From positions 49,539,815 through 49,603,814 of the forward strand of contig NC_058368.1 of the NCBI RefSeq assembly GCF_018350175.1: a DNA stretch of 64,000 bases, read 5' to 3'. Each line of letters starts with the position of its first letter. Position 1 is the stretch's first letter. Below the pieces are notes generated by a model. The model was not told where the DNA came from. It was given only the letters and a program-made list of their open reading frames with translations, and searched no databases. Positions 26,361 through 39,344 of this stretch are shown here, one piece after another. This DNA comes from Felis catus. Taxonomy: Eukaryota. Made by a program: the position numbers and the translations under genes.

Positions 26361-26371
26361 TGCTGAGTCAT
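26361..26371 (+). promoter_or_regulatory. Consensus NF-E2/NRF2/BACH-sMaf site
   Basis: Exact TGCTGAGTCAT in non-repeat DNA; motif evidence only. Confidence 0.3.
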
Positions 26372-27728
26372 TGTCCAAGATTTCATTTTAGAAAAACATA
26401 CCTCTCCTGGCCTTTGTGGATAGATACTTGAGTTCTGGCTCACTTAAGTTTCAAGTTACTTTACTGTCTCTTACTTTTTCTAAGGAGCAAGTGTTTTAAC
26501 TACTCAACTATTAGGACAAAAGTTAATTTTTATTTCTACAGAGTATAAAAACTATGAACCATAATGCGAACATTCCAAGGGATTCAGCGTTTCAGAGGTA
26601 GAAAAGACAGCCAAATTCAACTATTCCACACTTCTAGCAACTGAAGGAATCCTAAAAGATAGATGCTTCCAGCAAGAAGTCCATTGCCTCAAAAGGTAAC
26701 CTGTTCTACATATGAGTAATCTTGTTAGAAATTTCTTTGCTGGTCTGAACAGCTCTGTCATTCTTATCTGTTGGAACAAGTTCTTCTATCTAAACATAGA
26801 TTAAGACCAGGTAGACACAGAGTAATGATGTGAGAAAGATGGAGAATTTAAACAAATTGAACAAATAACACAAGAGAGTTGGGGAATATTTATGTGCCAT
26901 AAAAATATGAAAAATCACCTACATTTCTATTATCAAAGAAACAAATTAATAAAATGCATTGCCATTTTTATCTACCAAGTTGACAAATATTTTTGAAAAG
27001 TAATAAATGTTAGAGGGCTGGAGGAAGAGTAAGAGTAGGGAATAGGATCGCACATACAATGCCAATGGAGTATAAATTTTTACATATTTTTAATGTGCAT
27101 TTTGCAATGAGTATCAAAAGCATTAAAAATATATTTACTTTTGAACCAAACTCCCATTTCTATTAATTTATTCTAAGGAAAAAATGTATTAAGAATGTTC
27201 ATTAAGCTTAAATTTAAACATAAAATTATAAATCATAAATATTAATAACATTTTTGTGACCTTGTTTAATTCAAGGGACTTCGAAGGGTTTTCAAGGGTC
27301 AAGGGTGGTTTACACTGGCTGCCAGAAGCTCTACTGTCAGCTTCTCTTTCATAGAAATCACTTTTTACGGAATTAGCCAAACCAGATCCAAAAAGCCACA
27401 GAAAAAGGAAGTAAGAAATCTTGAACTGCCATTCTGGATCATTCACCTTCAAACTGGAACCTGCATGAAATTCTCAGTCTTCACAATAGCAGCAACCCCA
27501 AACTAATGCCTCCTTCTTACTCATCAGAGCCACCATTTCTTGGGTCTTCATAAAGATCTTCAAAATCAGTTTCAAAAAAAAATAATTATGACATCTTACA
27601 TATCAATGTTGCCTAAGTAGTTGAAATTCCCCCTTTAACATTCCAATGTGGCCTACTCTGCAATTTTTACAGGAGCTTGCTACTATAAATAATTATATTA
27701 TCAATACTTTAAATCACATTAAAATTCT

Positions 27729-27942
27729 GGGGTTCCTGGTTGGCTCAGTGGTTAAGCGTCCGACTTCAGCTCAGGTCATGATCTCCCAGTGTGTGAGTTG
27801 GAGCCCCATGTTGGGCTCTGTGCTGACAGCTCAGAGCCTGGAGCCTGCTTTAGATTCTGTGTCTCCCTTTCTCTCTGCCCCTCCTCTGCTTACACCTCTG
27901 TCTCTCTCTCTCAAAAGTAAATAAACATTAAAAAAATTTTTA
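27729..27942 (+). mobile_element. CanSINE, 5' part of SINE-L1 chimera
   Basis: Full SINE directly after the left TSD (27710-27728); no TSD copy after its tail. Confidence 0.95.
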
Positions 27943-28561
27943 AATGCAAGCTCGTGAAGCCACTCTGGAAAATAGCATGGAGGTTCCTCAAAAAGTTAAA
28001 AACAGAACTACCCTACAACCCAGAAATTGCACTACTAGGCATTTATCCAAAGGATACAGGTGTGCTTTTTCAAAGGGATACACGCAACCCAATGTTTACA
28101 GTAGCACTATCTGTATGGAAAGAGCCCAAATGTCCATCGATGGATGAATGGATAAAGAAGATGTGGTATATACACATTGGAGTATTACTCAGCAATCAAA
28201 AAGAATGAAATCTTGTAATTTGCAACTAAGTGGATGGAAATAGAGGGTATTATGCTAAGCGAACTTAGAGAAAGACAAATATCATAGGACTTCACTCATA
28301 TGAAGACTTTAAGACACAGAACAGATGAACATAAGGGAAGGGAAGCAAAAACAATATAAAAACAGGGAGGAGGACAAAACAGAAGAGACTCTTAAATATG
28401 GAGAACAAACAGAGGGTTACGGGAGGGGTTGTGGGAGGGGGGATGGGCTAAATGGGTAAGGGGCATTAAGGAATCTACTCCTGAAATCACTGTTGCACTA
28501 TATGCTAACTGATTTGGATGTAAATTTAAAAAATAAAACAAAATAAATAATAAAAAATAAA
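27943..28561 (+). mobile_element. 5'-truncated felid L1 3' end, 3' part of chimera
   Basis: ORF2 C-terminal peptide (WRFLKKLKTELPYNPEIALLGIYPKD...EWIKKMW), G-rich 3'UTR, A-rich tail, then the right TSD 28562-28580. Confidence 0.95.
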
Positions 28562-29499
28562 TAAATCACATTAAAATTCTTAACTGCAAAAAAAATCTTA
28601 ATTGCTTACACTATATTTTTATGTCTTTTTCTTTATTCATAAGTTAACCTTTGATAAACGATTTAGGAACAAATTGTGATACTGTGTGATTTCTTTCCAA
28701 TCTGTTAAGCAGAAATTATATGTTCATTGAATAGAATGTAGGTCCAGATATGTGGGAATGTGAAATTGTGTCTGACTGATTTGGGGTCAACTTAATTGAT
28801 CGTACACGAATCCTCTTTATTTTGGTTTCCTCATGGTAAATGATAGTATTCATGGTAGAAGTTATGCAATAATAAAATATCTTAAGGAAGCACTTACTAC
28901 TTAAATTACTGTATTACTTAATTTAAAAAAGGGATCTCAAATGAGAAAGATTGCTTGCTGAACATAAAGAGCCTAGTGTTCTTTCACTGAGCCACCTGTA
29001 GGAATGAAAATGCTCACATATTACTTTAAAAACAATGTAAATAAAATAGACCTAAAAATCAATAGAAGCAAAACTGAAGGGACTAGAAAACTGTGCTTCT
29101 GTAATAGTGACTTGATTTGTAATAACCTGGGGAAGGAAAAAAATAGGTATTTCTTTATAGGAGACAGCGAAGAAATATGACATAAGAGCCAGAGGCTATA
29201 CTGAGCCAGTGAAATTGTCCATTATTTAAACTGCAGGTGGTGACACTCACATAAACTGGAATAGCAAGATGCATCTAAACCAAGTGATGTGAGTGGATTT
29301 AGTGTGAAATGCACCGTGGGATTCTGTACTTCATGGGAGAATACAGGTGTTCTCTACCTTAGGAGAGCATGGTAGTAGAAATGCTACCTTTGAAAGAAGA
29401 CCAATTAAAGCCTAAGTACACTGAATCTATAATTTCAACCCTATTTGTATATTATTAACAACTTGGCAGAAAATTTGGGGAATTAAGGTTCCTGAGGTA

Positions 29500-29625
29500 G
29501 CAAAAGAAGGAAAAAGAAGGGAAAGTAAAAGAAAAAGGAGATGAGAAGATGAAGAGGAAAGCAGATGCAGTAGAAGGGGGAGATGAAGAAGGAAAAAAGG
29601 AAAAGTGAAGACTGAAGAGAGGACA
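29500..29625. repeat. Purine-rich low-complexity tract
   Basis: Almost entirely G/A on the plus strand. Confidence 0.8.
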
Positions 29626-29777
29626 GATACCTAGGAGATAGCTAAAAGAGGTAAGATCCAGTGCTACCAAAATGCTGAAAATATATTAATGGAAATCAAA
29701 AAAGCCTTCCTGCTTCCAGACAAAATTGTAAAATTGATGACATTGGTCTTCATCATGCCCACTCTTAGCCTATATTC

Positions 29778-29977
29778 CTGGGATCAAAAGTATTTTCTGT
29801 AAAGGGCCTGCTAATAAAAGTTTTGGGCTTTAGCAACTTCTCATCTCTGCTGTTGTGACACAAAGCAACCACAGACAATGTGTAAGCAAATAGGTATGGG
29901 TATGTTCCAATAAAACTTTATTTACAAAAACAGGCAATGGGCCACATTTGTCCAACCAGCCCATACTGTTCCAATCT
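29778..29977 (+). mobile_element. MER58A-like hAT DNA transposon
   Basis: ttttctgtaaagggcc...tgttccaataaaactttatttacaaaaacaggc...gggccacatttg. Confidence 0.85.
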
Positions 29978-30869
29978 TATTATATTGTTTTACTTCATCT
30001 AACACATTCCACTAACCATTGCCCAATCACCCAATGCATCACTGACTTTCCCTAATTTTTATAATTATGCTCCCTGTCGTTAAAGCTTCACTCCCCATTT
30101 CTTCTCTTTATATTAAGTCTTCCTGTATCTTTCAGGTAGCATCTAGCCACCATAAAATCACCCCCTGCTTAGCAGCTCATGAGAGGAAGAGAACTACAAT
30201 CTAGAGGGCACCACAAGATCCTTCTACCACTACTAAATACATCCCAAATGAACTGCACTAGGCTCCTATCCAACATCTACATAATTCTTTGTTCAATCAT
30301 TCAAGAATTGAGTACCTGTTATGTATTTCACCCTATAAAGAAAGATAGCTTTAAAAATTAATTCTTGACCTCAGTGACTCAATCTAGTATGAGAAGAGAT
30401 TACTTACATGCCACTGCCTTCCTATATCCACCCTTCCCCAATCCCCCTCAAGTCATTAGAAAGCCATTATTAACCTCAGTAGTGGCAAAAAGCAAACTAG
30501 AATAGGGAGGCTAGAACTAGGAAAAATTAATGAGAAGATATTTGAGGACCAAAGACTTGATGATATAGCAATTATTTCTCCTCTCTGGAGTTTCATTTCT
30601 AGTCAATCACTAGGTCATGTTGGGTAGCAGGCACCAAAAATGCTCTATCCTGATAAGGGAGAAGAGAAAAAAAACCAATTTATCAGACAAAATACTGTCC
30701 TTACTCCTTCTTTAAGTTTATGTCATTTTGTGAAGAACTTCCAGAGAGAAATGGTTCATGACTACCAATCCTTGATACCAAACTAATTTAAAAATTGTAC
30801 TAAAACAAAATGAAATTCAACAGTCTGCTAATGGCCATGGCACATTATACTGTATCAGATTAATCTTCC

Positions 30870-31305
30870 CACCAGTACCAGCTAGAAAAGCTGGATAGCA
30901 TATAAGAACCTCTGCTTGGAGGCAGCAAATGGCTACCATGGCAGCAAGACAGGCAGGGAGGCACACATTCCAATCTCCACTCAAGAGAGAACATGCTGCA
31001 AAGATTGCACTTAGCTAATAGCCCCACGCTTTGGGATGTGCTGAGGCACTCATGCTGAGGTCGCATATTCTCCAGGCTGTGCCTGTCCAACAGGGTACTC
31101 TTCTAATGAGCACTCTACTCTGCAGCTCCTTTATCAGCCTGGCTGAGCCTATCTCAGAGCTGCACTGGTCTGAGACTCTTCCTGCCCAATCCTACTCTTA
31201 CCTTCCTCCTCTGCTCTCAGCGGCATCAGGTCTGCAATGCAGTCTCTCTGCTTACTCCTGCTCACTCTACCCTATGATTCACATTTACCAACCTCAAAAA
31301 TAATG
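30870..31305 (+). mobile_element. ERVL solo LTR (LTR16-like)
   Basis: ctgagactcttcctgcccaatcc...tcaggtctgca...ctcctgctcactct resembles the LTR16 3' half. Confidence 0.6.
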
Positions 31306-32967
31306 ACACTTTCTCAGTAGCGCAGCCACATTCCACAGGAGGCTAACAAAGGGTATTTTAATCAAATACTTTGCTTTGGAATGTAACCAACAGCTTGTAT
31401 AAACATAGCAAAATGCTTCATACCATGTGAACTTTTGGCATATTTCGCCAAGCAAAATGGCTGCAGCTTTCTATTAGTGAAGAAGTTTATCCAGAATGGA
31501 AATGCATAATTTAGGTTTAATAAGACTTTTCAACATAAGCTGTACATACAAATGTGTATTTTCTCCTTTCCTTGTGTTTACAGCATGAGATAAGCTGTAG
31601 ACCAATTTTATGTAGCTATTTTATATGCAAATAAGAGGTTACTTTTACGTGTTTTCAGTTTTATAGGAGACAGGCAAGAGAATTTCAAATAATGCAGTTT
31701 CCACTTTAGTCGGAGGATTGACTTTTCTATTTTCTGTGGACATCTTTCTCTTGACAGCTGATGAAAAATGTTTAAACACTAAAGGCTTAAGATATCAATA
31801 CAATTTTATAAACAATTTTATTATTTCAGGTTAAATGAGCTCACTTTGGCTTTTTCAGTATGAGTTGAGATGGTCAGTTGACCTCCTCCTCTATTCAAAA
31901 GCAATAAGTGTCTTTTGTATGAATAATTTCCCAGGATCCCCACATGGACAGATGTGAAAATCCTCCAATGGTAATGGTAAGTCAGCTCAATAATGTCACC
32001 TGTCTCTGGCCTCTTAGAATGGGGATGAGGAGTTCATCTATTGGCTGGCATCAGTGACCTCAAAAGGAACTGAGAAGAGGATTCTGACATGAACAGATTA
32101 CAGATCCCATAAGTGGAGCTTAGTTTTGGCAAGATGGATAGATTTGGAAGGACCCATAGACCTAACTGAGCTAATACAGACAGCATGCTGTTGATCCAAT
32201 GATTCTCCATCAGGAACAAAATCTGCCTTGGCCAGTAGTACACTAAAGGAGCCAACAGCCATTAGGCAGAGGCTCAAGTAAGCAGGTGGTTTCTGTCAAT
32301 GGATGTCCTACGGTGAACAAAACAGAGCGTGGAGAAGGAATTAGGTACATAATAGGTAGATATTTGGGCAGGGAGTCTTAATGGATATGGTGTGGCAGAG
32401 GGGGAAGAAACTGGAGTTCAGGAAGAATTCTGTCCTGAGATGACCGAACAGAAGGCAGTACCTAAAATCAAGAGGAGAAGAAGTTCTCAGTGCACTTGTT
32501 CACCACAATTGAGTAAGATCTACTTACTAGAATCTATTTACTAGATAAAGGCCATAGCAGAACCACCAGAAATTCTTTTCATCTGCTCCATACTCAGGAC
32601 TCTCTATATCCTACCTGAAGAGTACCAGGTCTGATGGAGGGAAGGTGGTCAGGAGAAAAACCAGAATTCACACCTGTAATTCTGGGGGCTGCTGTAACAG
32701 GAAGCCAGACAGAATGGATAGAGGGAGTATCCCGCTATGGGGTATTGGAAAAAAACTGGTCCTAATGAAACTCAATATCATCATCTGAAAATAGAAAACA
32801 ATGTCAGCTTCTAAAGTTGTTGAAATGATTGAATTACAGATGGTTAGCTCATAGTGTGAAGTCCAAGGCTGTGAGTGAACCAGGACTTTCAGCTACTCAT
32901 AGAATCATACAATGATCAAGGACATTCTCTTAACTTGGGAGCTTTTGACAGGCTATCAATAGTGTGG

Positions 32968-33200
32968 CAATAACAATAGCTAACATATATTGAGTACTTA
33001 GTATGGGCCAATCCCTCTTGATTCTTTACATCTATTATCCCATTTGATCCTCTCAACCCTATGAGGTGGGTAGTAGTATGAACCGCATTTTACAGATATG
33101 AAAACCAAAGAATAGGGAAGTGAAGTGACTTGTCCAAGGTTACACATTAGCAAGTGGTAGTAATAGGATTTGAACAGAGGCTTAGGAGCCCCCACTTTTA
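32968..33200 (-). mobile_element. MIR
   Basis: aatagctaacatatattgagtactta...caaccctatgaggtgggt...cattttacagat...gtgacttgtccaaggttacac. Confidence 0.88.
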
Positions 33201-36000
33201 GTTATTTTAGTTACACATAACACCATACTTCTACCATGGAGGGGGGGGTGATAGAGGAAACTATGTAAAAGCAAGAATTAGCCCATTCAGTACCTATTTA
33301 GAATACCAGTGGTAGACCACAATGAGACATGTAGAAAAAGTAGTCAAACTGTGGCAGCACGTTTTTAATGTCATTTTTTCCAGTGATCATTTCCCTGACT
33401 ATGCTCTTGGCATGGAGCTATGTCAGCACAGCCATGGCAGGAGCAGGGTTTATGGCCAGAGCCTTTATTACCAAAATGAGCAATGGTGCTGTATGGCCAG
33501 CATTATTTCTGAGTTGTGGTCCTCTGTGGTGCACAGAAACAAGCAGTACCTACATCATTTTTCCTCTGATTTGTAAATTCCAGAATGACAGAATACTACG
33601 TATTAGATCATCATATAACCTATCTACAAAAACTTTAAATATAAACATATGCCCTCAAGCATCTGGAAGATTTAGTAAGGTTTGCAAAGTCATTCACTCA
33701 AAAAGGCTTTCAATGATAATTCACCAAAAATAAAATAAAAGTGGAAGAATTTTTTAAACAGCAGCTTGATATCTATGATATATCTACAGAGCATTTAATG
33801 TGTTTTGATGTATTTTTTTTCACTTTTACTTAAGCAATTCATGCTTTCAGATAACTTAGAATAACATCATCTGAAAATCACCTAAAATATTACCACCAGA
33901 GATGATCATTATAAATATTTTATTTTTAAGCCTTCAGGAATTCTGCCCTAGTCATTTAACATTTAGTAAAAATAAAAACATATTTGTCATACAATATAGT
34001 CTACTACGTAACTTCCTCTCTCATTTAGCTATAGTATGAGTACCTTTTAATGTCCTATATAAAATTACATTTCTTATGACTACATCTTTTTATTTTATGG
34101 GTGCCCATAATTTACTTCATCAGTCCCCCATTGTTGGGTTTCTAGGTTATTGCCAAATTTTCTTATTTATTTTTAAGATAGCTTCTTACACTTAGCAAAT
34201 TAACATTTAATCTATTATGTAGAAATATTGTTACCAATTTCTAGTTTGCCTTTTAATTTTGCAGTAGCTTCCATTCAAAAATAAGTTTTTAATTTTAATG
34301 TAGAAGTGTATGACAGTTTCAATTGTGAATTCTGCTTTTAGTGCCATGCTGAGAAAGCCTTTTTTTCAAGAATAAAGAATACCCATCCATTCCTGTGATG
34401 TGTATATATTCATGGGTGATCTCATATAACATTTTTATGGCTTCATTTTTTCCATATAATATGTTTTTGAAAGAGTTGATACTAATACAATCCTGGAAAA
34501 TCACATATCAAAAACTGTCAGATAGCTTGCTTTGTAAAAGAATATTGAGATGACTGCTTCACAGGAGAAAGGAGCCCTTGTGGATTACAAAAAACTCAAT
34601 GTAGAAGACATTGGAGTTTCTTCTGTGAAATGAACGATTTCATTACATTTCTATGAAAGTTGATAAAATGGTGCTACATAAAGACAAGTAGATACCTTCA
34701 GTTAGATGTCCAGGCTGAGCTGCTTATGACTAACAAGGATATCCACTCCCTACTCCATTTGTAAGGACTTATTTCTGAGGATGCTGCACCTTCCCACCAG
34801 CTTATTCTAATTCCAAATGGACTGCCTCCATAGCTTCATCTATTCCTTCAGAGGCTGTGAGGGATATTTTTACATCAGAGAGGACACTGGTCAAAAAGAG
34901 AGAAGGCATGCCATGGCTACTACTCCTAATAATAGTACTACATTTTCAAACCATGTAATTTTGGTTTAAGATTTTTTTAAGTAGCAGCTAAGAAACCTGA
35001 CATGTAATGTGCAAATTGCAAAACCTTGACAAGATTCTACATGCCTTTTTCTTTCACTGATTTTATTTCTAAATTATTTTTTTAAAGATCCTACAATGCC
35101 TCTGCGATTAAACTTTAATAACCTTAAAATCTATTCATTATTCCATGGCCACCTTTAAGATGTCAGTCAGTGATATCACTAACTTCCCAGTTTAAGATGT
35201 TTTTCCCCTTGGAAGAATCTGTTCATTACAGTAGTTAACAACTACTCAGTTAGCAAAGAGCCTTAAGACAAGGCATGGGACAAGTTAATGGCATAACAAA
35301 TCAGTCGTTAAACTAAATGGTCAGTTTGCACAGCAGAGTATTATTGCTTTATTGAATCCAACTTAAAGATTTACAGAAGTTACATTTTATTCCAGGTACA
35401 AGATGCACAAATGAAATACAGAGGGGTGCAGTTTTGTTTTACGCTGCTTTCATTAAGAACCCAATTGCATGGCAAAATCAGTTAGTATATATCTCGGTCC
35501 ATGTGACAGCCAATTTTCCACTGAGATTGGAAACTCTGGGAGCTTTTTAATCCTTGTTCTCACTCTGGGAATACAGGGGTGGGAGTTACAGCATGTTTTT
35601 AAATTGTTTAAAGTAAAGCATCAATGGTAACAAGGGCTTATCCCTGACTCCTAAGCAATGGAACATCTCCGAACGGATAGTGCATGACCTGAATTCTGGG
35701 TCTACTTTGATAATGAAATTTGTCTGGGACGCTCTTACTGGCCCAACATGGTCAGGTATTTTTCTCCAGTGAATTTCCTTTCACAGAAAATATATATTGC
35801 TATAAACATAGCTGTCACCAAATAACCTGTGACACAAGCAACTTGACCATCTAAAGGCCCTAAGCTGATAGCATCGTGATTCACTTCACAACTATTTTTT
35901 CTTTGCATCCCAGTACTTCCAAAGATCTAGGGATATTGTATATACCAATCCACATAAGGTTTATATTCTTGTGGAGAAGGCAGCTTTCCAAAACATAATT

Positions 36001-36117
36001 TTACATTAATACATTACCGTATTACATTAAACAGGATACATTAAGTACATAAACCATTACACAGGATATATACATTAAACAGGATGAAATACATTAAATA
36101 CATACATTAAACAGAAT
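36001..36117. repeat. Irregular compound repeat of tacatta / tacattaaacaggat
   Basis: Seven tacatta copies; 15-mer at 36023, 36071 and (one mismatch) 36103. Confidence 0.8.
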
Positions 36118-37190
36118 AATTTTGCAAGGAATAAATGCTATAAGGAAAAGAAAATATGTTCAGGAAGAGTGTTGAATGGGAGTCCACTGTTCATGTAAGG
36201 AGTAGAAATTATGTTATTTGGAGAACTGCAGAAAATCAATCAATCAGGGGTCCACAAAGTAAAAGAAAGATAAATAAGTTTTTGACTGAACACTTATAAA
36301 GCACCCTTTTACATGCTTTCAAAGGCCTGTCTGTTGCTTTTAGTTCTCTGAGAACCTTCTTTCTCTTCAGAACAGAAGAGCTACAGCAATAGATTAAAGC
36401 TTAGAGTTTAGGGATAGTACATGCTCAAGATTCCTGCTCAGTGCCTAGCACTACATATATAATGCTTTTTATAGCAGTAACAACAATGATGAGAAAGGTC
36501 AAATTGCTGGGGTTTTGGAATAATTGCTTGGTTCAGATCTATAAAAAGCTGTTAAATCAATCCTCTAGAGAATAGTATGTTTTGTTATTCTGTAAGGGCA
36601 TAAGTGTAAAAGTTCTTCAGCTTACAGACCAATTCTGGACCTCAGTTTAATATCACTTAATATATTTATGTTCTACAGTTGCAAGCCACAAACTCACTTC
36701 AAATGTCTTTAGTGGGAATAAAATACCACAAAATAAACTGTTAGACTTTGTGTGTGTATGCAATAACAGCTGACAATCCTCACTTTCCAGACTAGGTACT
36801 TATGAGCCAGCAACAAAAAAGAACAGATTTTCAGAAAGCCTGTGTTCAAAAGCATACATACCATTGGAAACATTTTAAAAATGATTTCTTTCAGTAGGAA
36901 TTATTTCATTTTCATATTGTGGCTGGTAAGGTAAACTCTTGTTTGACAACATAAAGACTATTTATGAAAGACATACGACATCAATTGCAGCTTACATCAT
37001 ATAGTATATTTGCATAAACGTATATGACATCATTTTAGAATTCTTTGTTTCTTGCTCCACTGGTACTTTTACCAAATACAGACTGACAGTGTCCTACACT
37101 AATTAATCCATTTACTAAAACAAGCATAACAAAACAAAACAAAAATCCGTTGTCTTTCCCCTCAGGGAACTCATTGAAAATTAAATGAGA

Positions 37191-37410
37191 GGAGCATCTG
37201 GGTGGCTCAGTCAAACATCCAACTTCAGCTCAGGTCATGATCTCATGTTTCATGGGTTTGAGTCCCTCATTGGGCTCTGTGCTGACAGCTCAGAGCCTAT
37301 AGCCTGCTTCAGATTCTGCGTCTCCCTGTCTCTCTGCCCCTCCCTTGCTCTCTCTCTCGCTTTCCCTCTGTCTCTCAAAAATAAACAAACATTAAAAAAA
37401 AAAAAAACTT
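37191..37410 (+). mobile_element. CanSINE
   Basis: ggagcatctgggtggctcagtc head, (CT) region, A tail; short TSD aatgaga. Confidence 0.92.
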
Positions 37411-37649
37411 AATGAGAATTCCCCTCACAGTTCTTAGCTCTCCTGGCCTTAGCAGAGGAAGCAAGGTGTATTGGTCAGGGAGCCAGCAGGAAATAAGTGA
37501 CATTCTCTCAAAGGCAGGTCAACAGAGTGTAATAAATGAGACATCTTACAGAGATGGGACAGGTTAAGGGAGACCAAGATGGTGATGAAGCAACCTGGAG
37601 CTGGCAGCAGCAAGAACAGGTTCCACCAGGTTTACAATGGCAAGGGGAG

Positions 37650-38387
37650 TATATCAGTTTCATACTGTTGCTGGGGGAAAAAATGACCACAAAATTAGTG
37701 ACTTGAAACAGTAGAAATTTTTCTCTTATGCTTCTGGAGGCCAAAAGTCCAAAATGAGTCTTACCAGGCTAAAATCAAGGTGGTGACAGAACCACTCTCC
37801 CTCAGGAGCCAGTAGGGGAGAATCTATTTCCTCGCCTTTTCCAACTTCTAGAGTTGCATGCCTTGCGTTCCGAGGTCCTTTAACCTTCAAAGTTAACGGT
37901 ATAGCGTCCACTCTTTCTGACTTTGCTTCTAACACATGACGTTTTCCCCCATCCGTGTGTAGCCAAATCTCCCTATATCCTCCTCTTTTAAGAATACTTT
38001 TAACTAGGGGCACTGGGTGGCTCAATCAGTTGAGTGTCCGACTTCAGGTCATGATCTTGCGGTTCAAGAGTTCATGAGTTCGAGCCTCGCATTGGGCTTT
38101 CTGCTGTTAGTACAGAGCCTGCTTTGGATCCTTTGTCCCCCTTTCTCTCTACACCTCCCCTGCTTGCACTCTCTCTCTCTCTCAAAAATAAAATAAAAAA
38201 TGCTTTTTAAAAAAAGAATACTTTTAACTATATTTAGGGCCCACTTGGATAACCCAGGATAATCTCTCCATCTCAAGATCCTTAACTTAATGGATCTGCA
38301 AAGACCCTTTTTACATGAGATAATATTCATGAGTTCCAAGGATTAGAAGCTGGATATCACTGGGTGCCACTATTCACCTTGCCACCA
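37650..38387 (-). mobile_element. MaLR solo LTR (MLT1D-like), interrupted by a SINE
   Basis: ttctggaggccaaaagtccaaaatgagtc...ggctaaaatcaaggtg...gggcccacttggataacccaggataatctc...caagatccttaacttaat; ggag on both flanks. Confidence 0.85.
38007..38213 (+). mobile_element. CanSINE inside MLT1D
   Basis: 17-bp TSD aagaatacttttaacta at 37990-38006 and 38214-38230. Confidence 0.95.
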
Positions 38388-38466
38388 GGAGAGTCTGGAG
38401 TGGTAACTGGAACCCAGGGAGACCTACATTAATAGGAAAAAACTATCTGACAGAATATGCAGTTTA

Positions 38467-38732
38467 TTTTTTAATGTTTATTTATTAATTTTGAGAGACA
38501 GAGAGGGAGAGAGAGACAGTGTGTGTGTGTGTGTGTGTGTGTGTGTCCACGCACACACACGCACACGCGCGCGCACATGAGTGGGGAAGGGGCAGAGAGG
38601 GAGAGAGAAAATCCCAAGCAGGTTCCACACTGTTAGCCGGACATGGGGCCCAAACTCACAAACTATGAGATCATGACCTGAGCCAAAATCAAGAGTTGGA
38701 TACTTAACTGACTGAGCCACCCAGGTGCCCCC
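38467..38732 (-). mobile_element. CanSINE with internal (GT)n/(CG)n tract
   Basis: TSD agaatatg(c/t)agttta on both flanks. Confidence 0.94.
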
Positions 38733-39344
38733 AGAATATGTAGTTTAGAACTACTTACCACATGTGGTAGTAGAACACAGCCACTACCAAGAGATGACCA
38801 AACAAGAAGAGATTCTGGGAAATAAGTACCCCTACCTCTCTCATCCCACCTTGCAATTTCTGCCAGTGCCTTCCAAAGTCCAACCTCAAATGGAAACTAG
38901 AGTGCAAGGAAGGATAGACCATTCATCCATAAAGGTCAGCATGTTAGAGCTCAGAGGATGGCAGAGAAAGCTGACCAGTGGACCTCAAGAATCAAATGGA
39001 AACTGTCCAGCAAAAATGGGTACCAGAAGCAGAGTGACAACAGTTCTGAGGCCACGTGTGGGACTGAAGACTTCCACAAGAGACTGAAGAAATATGGATC
39101 AAATTACGATGGCTAAAAATAAATAAATCAACCAAGTAGTCTGATTTCAGAGAAGTAAGGTTCAATTCAGGACCCACCATAAGGACTTATCTCGGAGACT
39201 GCGAAATCATTCTAGGGCTATTTCACTGTGCACTCATGGAACTCAACCAGGCTTTAATTCTCCAAGACTCATTCCAAGATTTTGGAACCTTAACGAGGTT
39301 TTTCACTCACAGATTCGCAGTTTATAAATGAAAATAAAGAATGA

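Larger units (their letters stand above)
37467..39013 (-). mobile_element. ERVL solo LTR (LTR33-like), split by later insertions
   Basis: Plus-strand start tgtattggtcagggagccagcaggaaa and end ...caaatggaaactgtccagca resemble the two LTR33 termini; pieces 37467-37649, 38388-38465 and 38733-39013. Confidence 0.65.

Noticed and set aside
28421..28465. G-quadruplex-like G runs (also near 39.72, 47.87 and 59.96 kb)
   Set aside because: Ordinary G-rich tract of L1 3'UTRs; not locus-specific
33368..33733. 121-aa ORF with a hydrophobic, signal-peptide-like N-terminus
   Set aside because: No recognisable domain, poor Kozak context (tttttaATGt), no promoter or splice support; one ORF of this length is plausible by chance in 64 kb. 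Conserved frame with dN/dS<1 or ribosome profiling signal would reopen it
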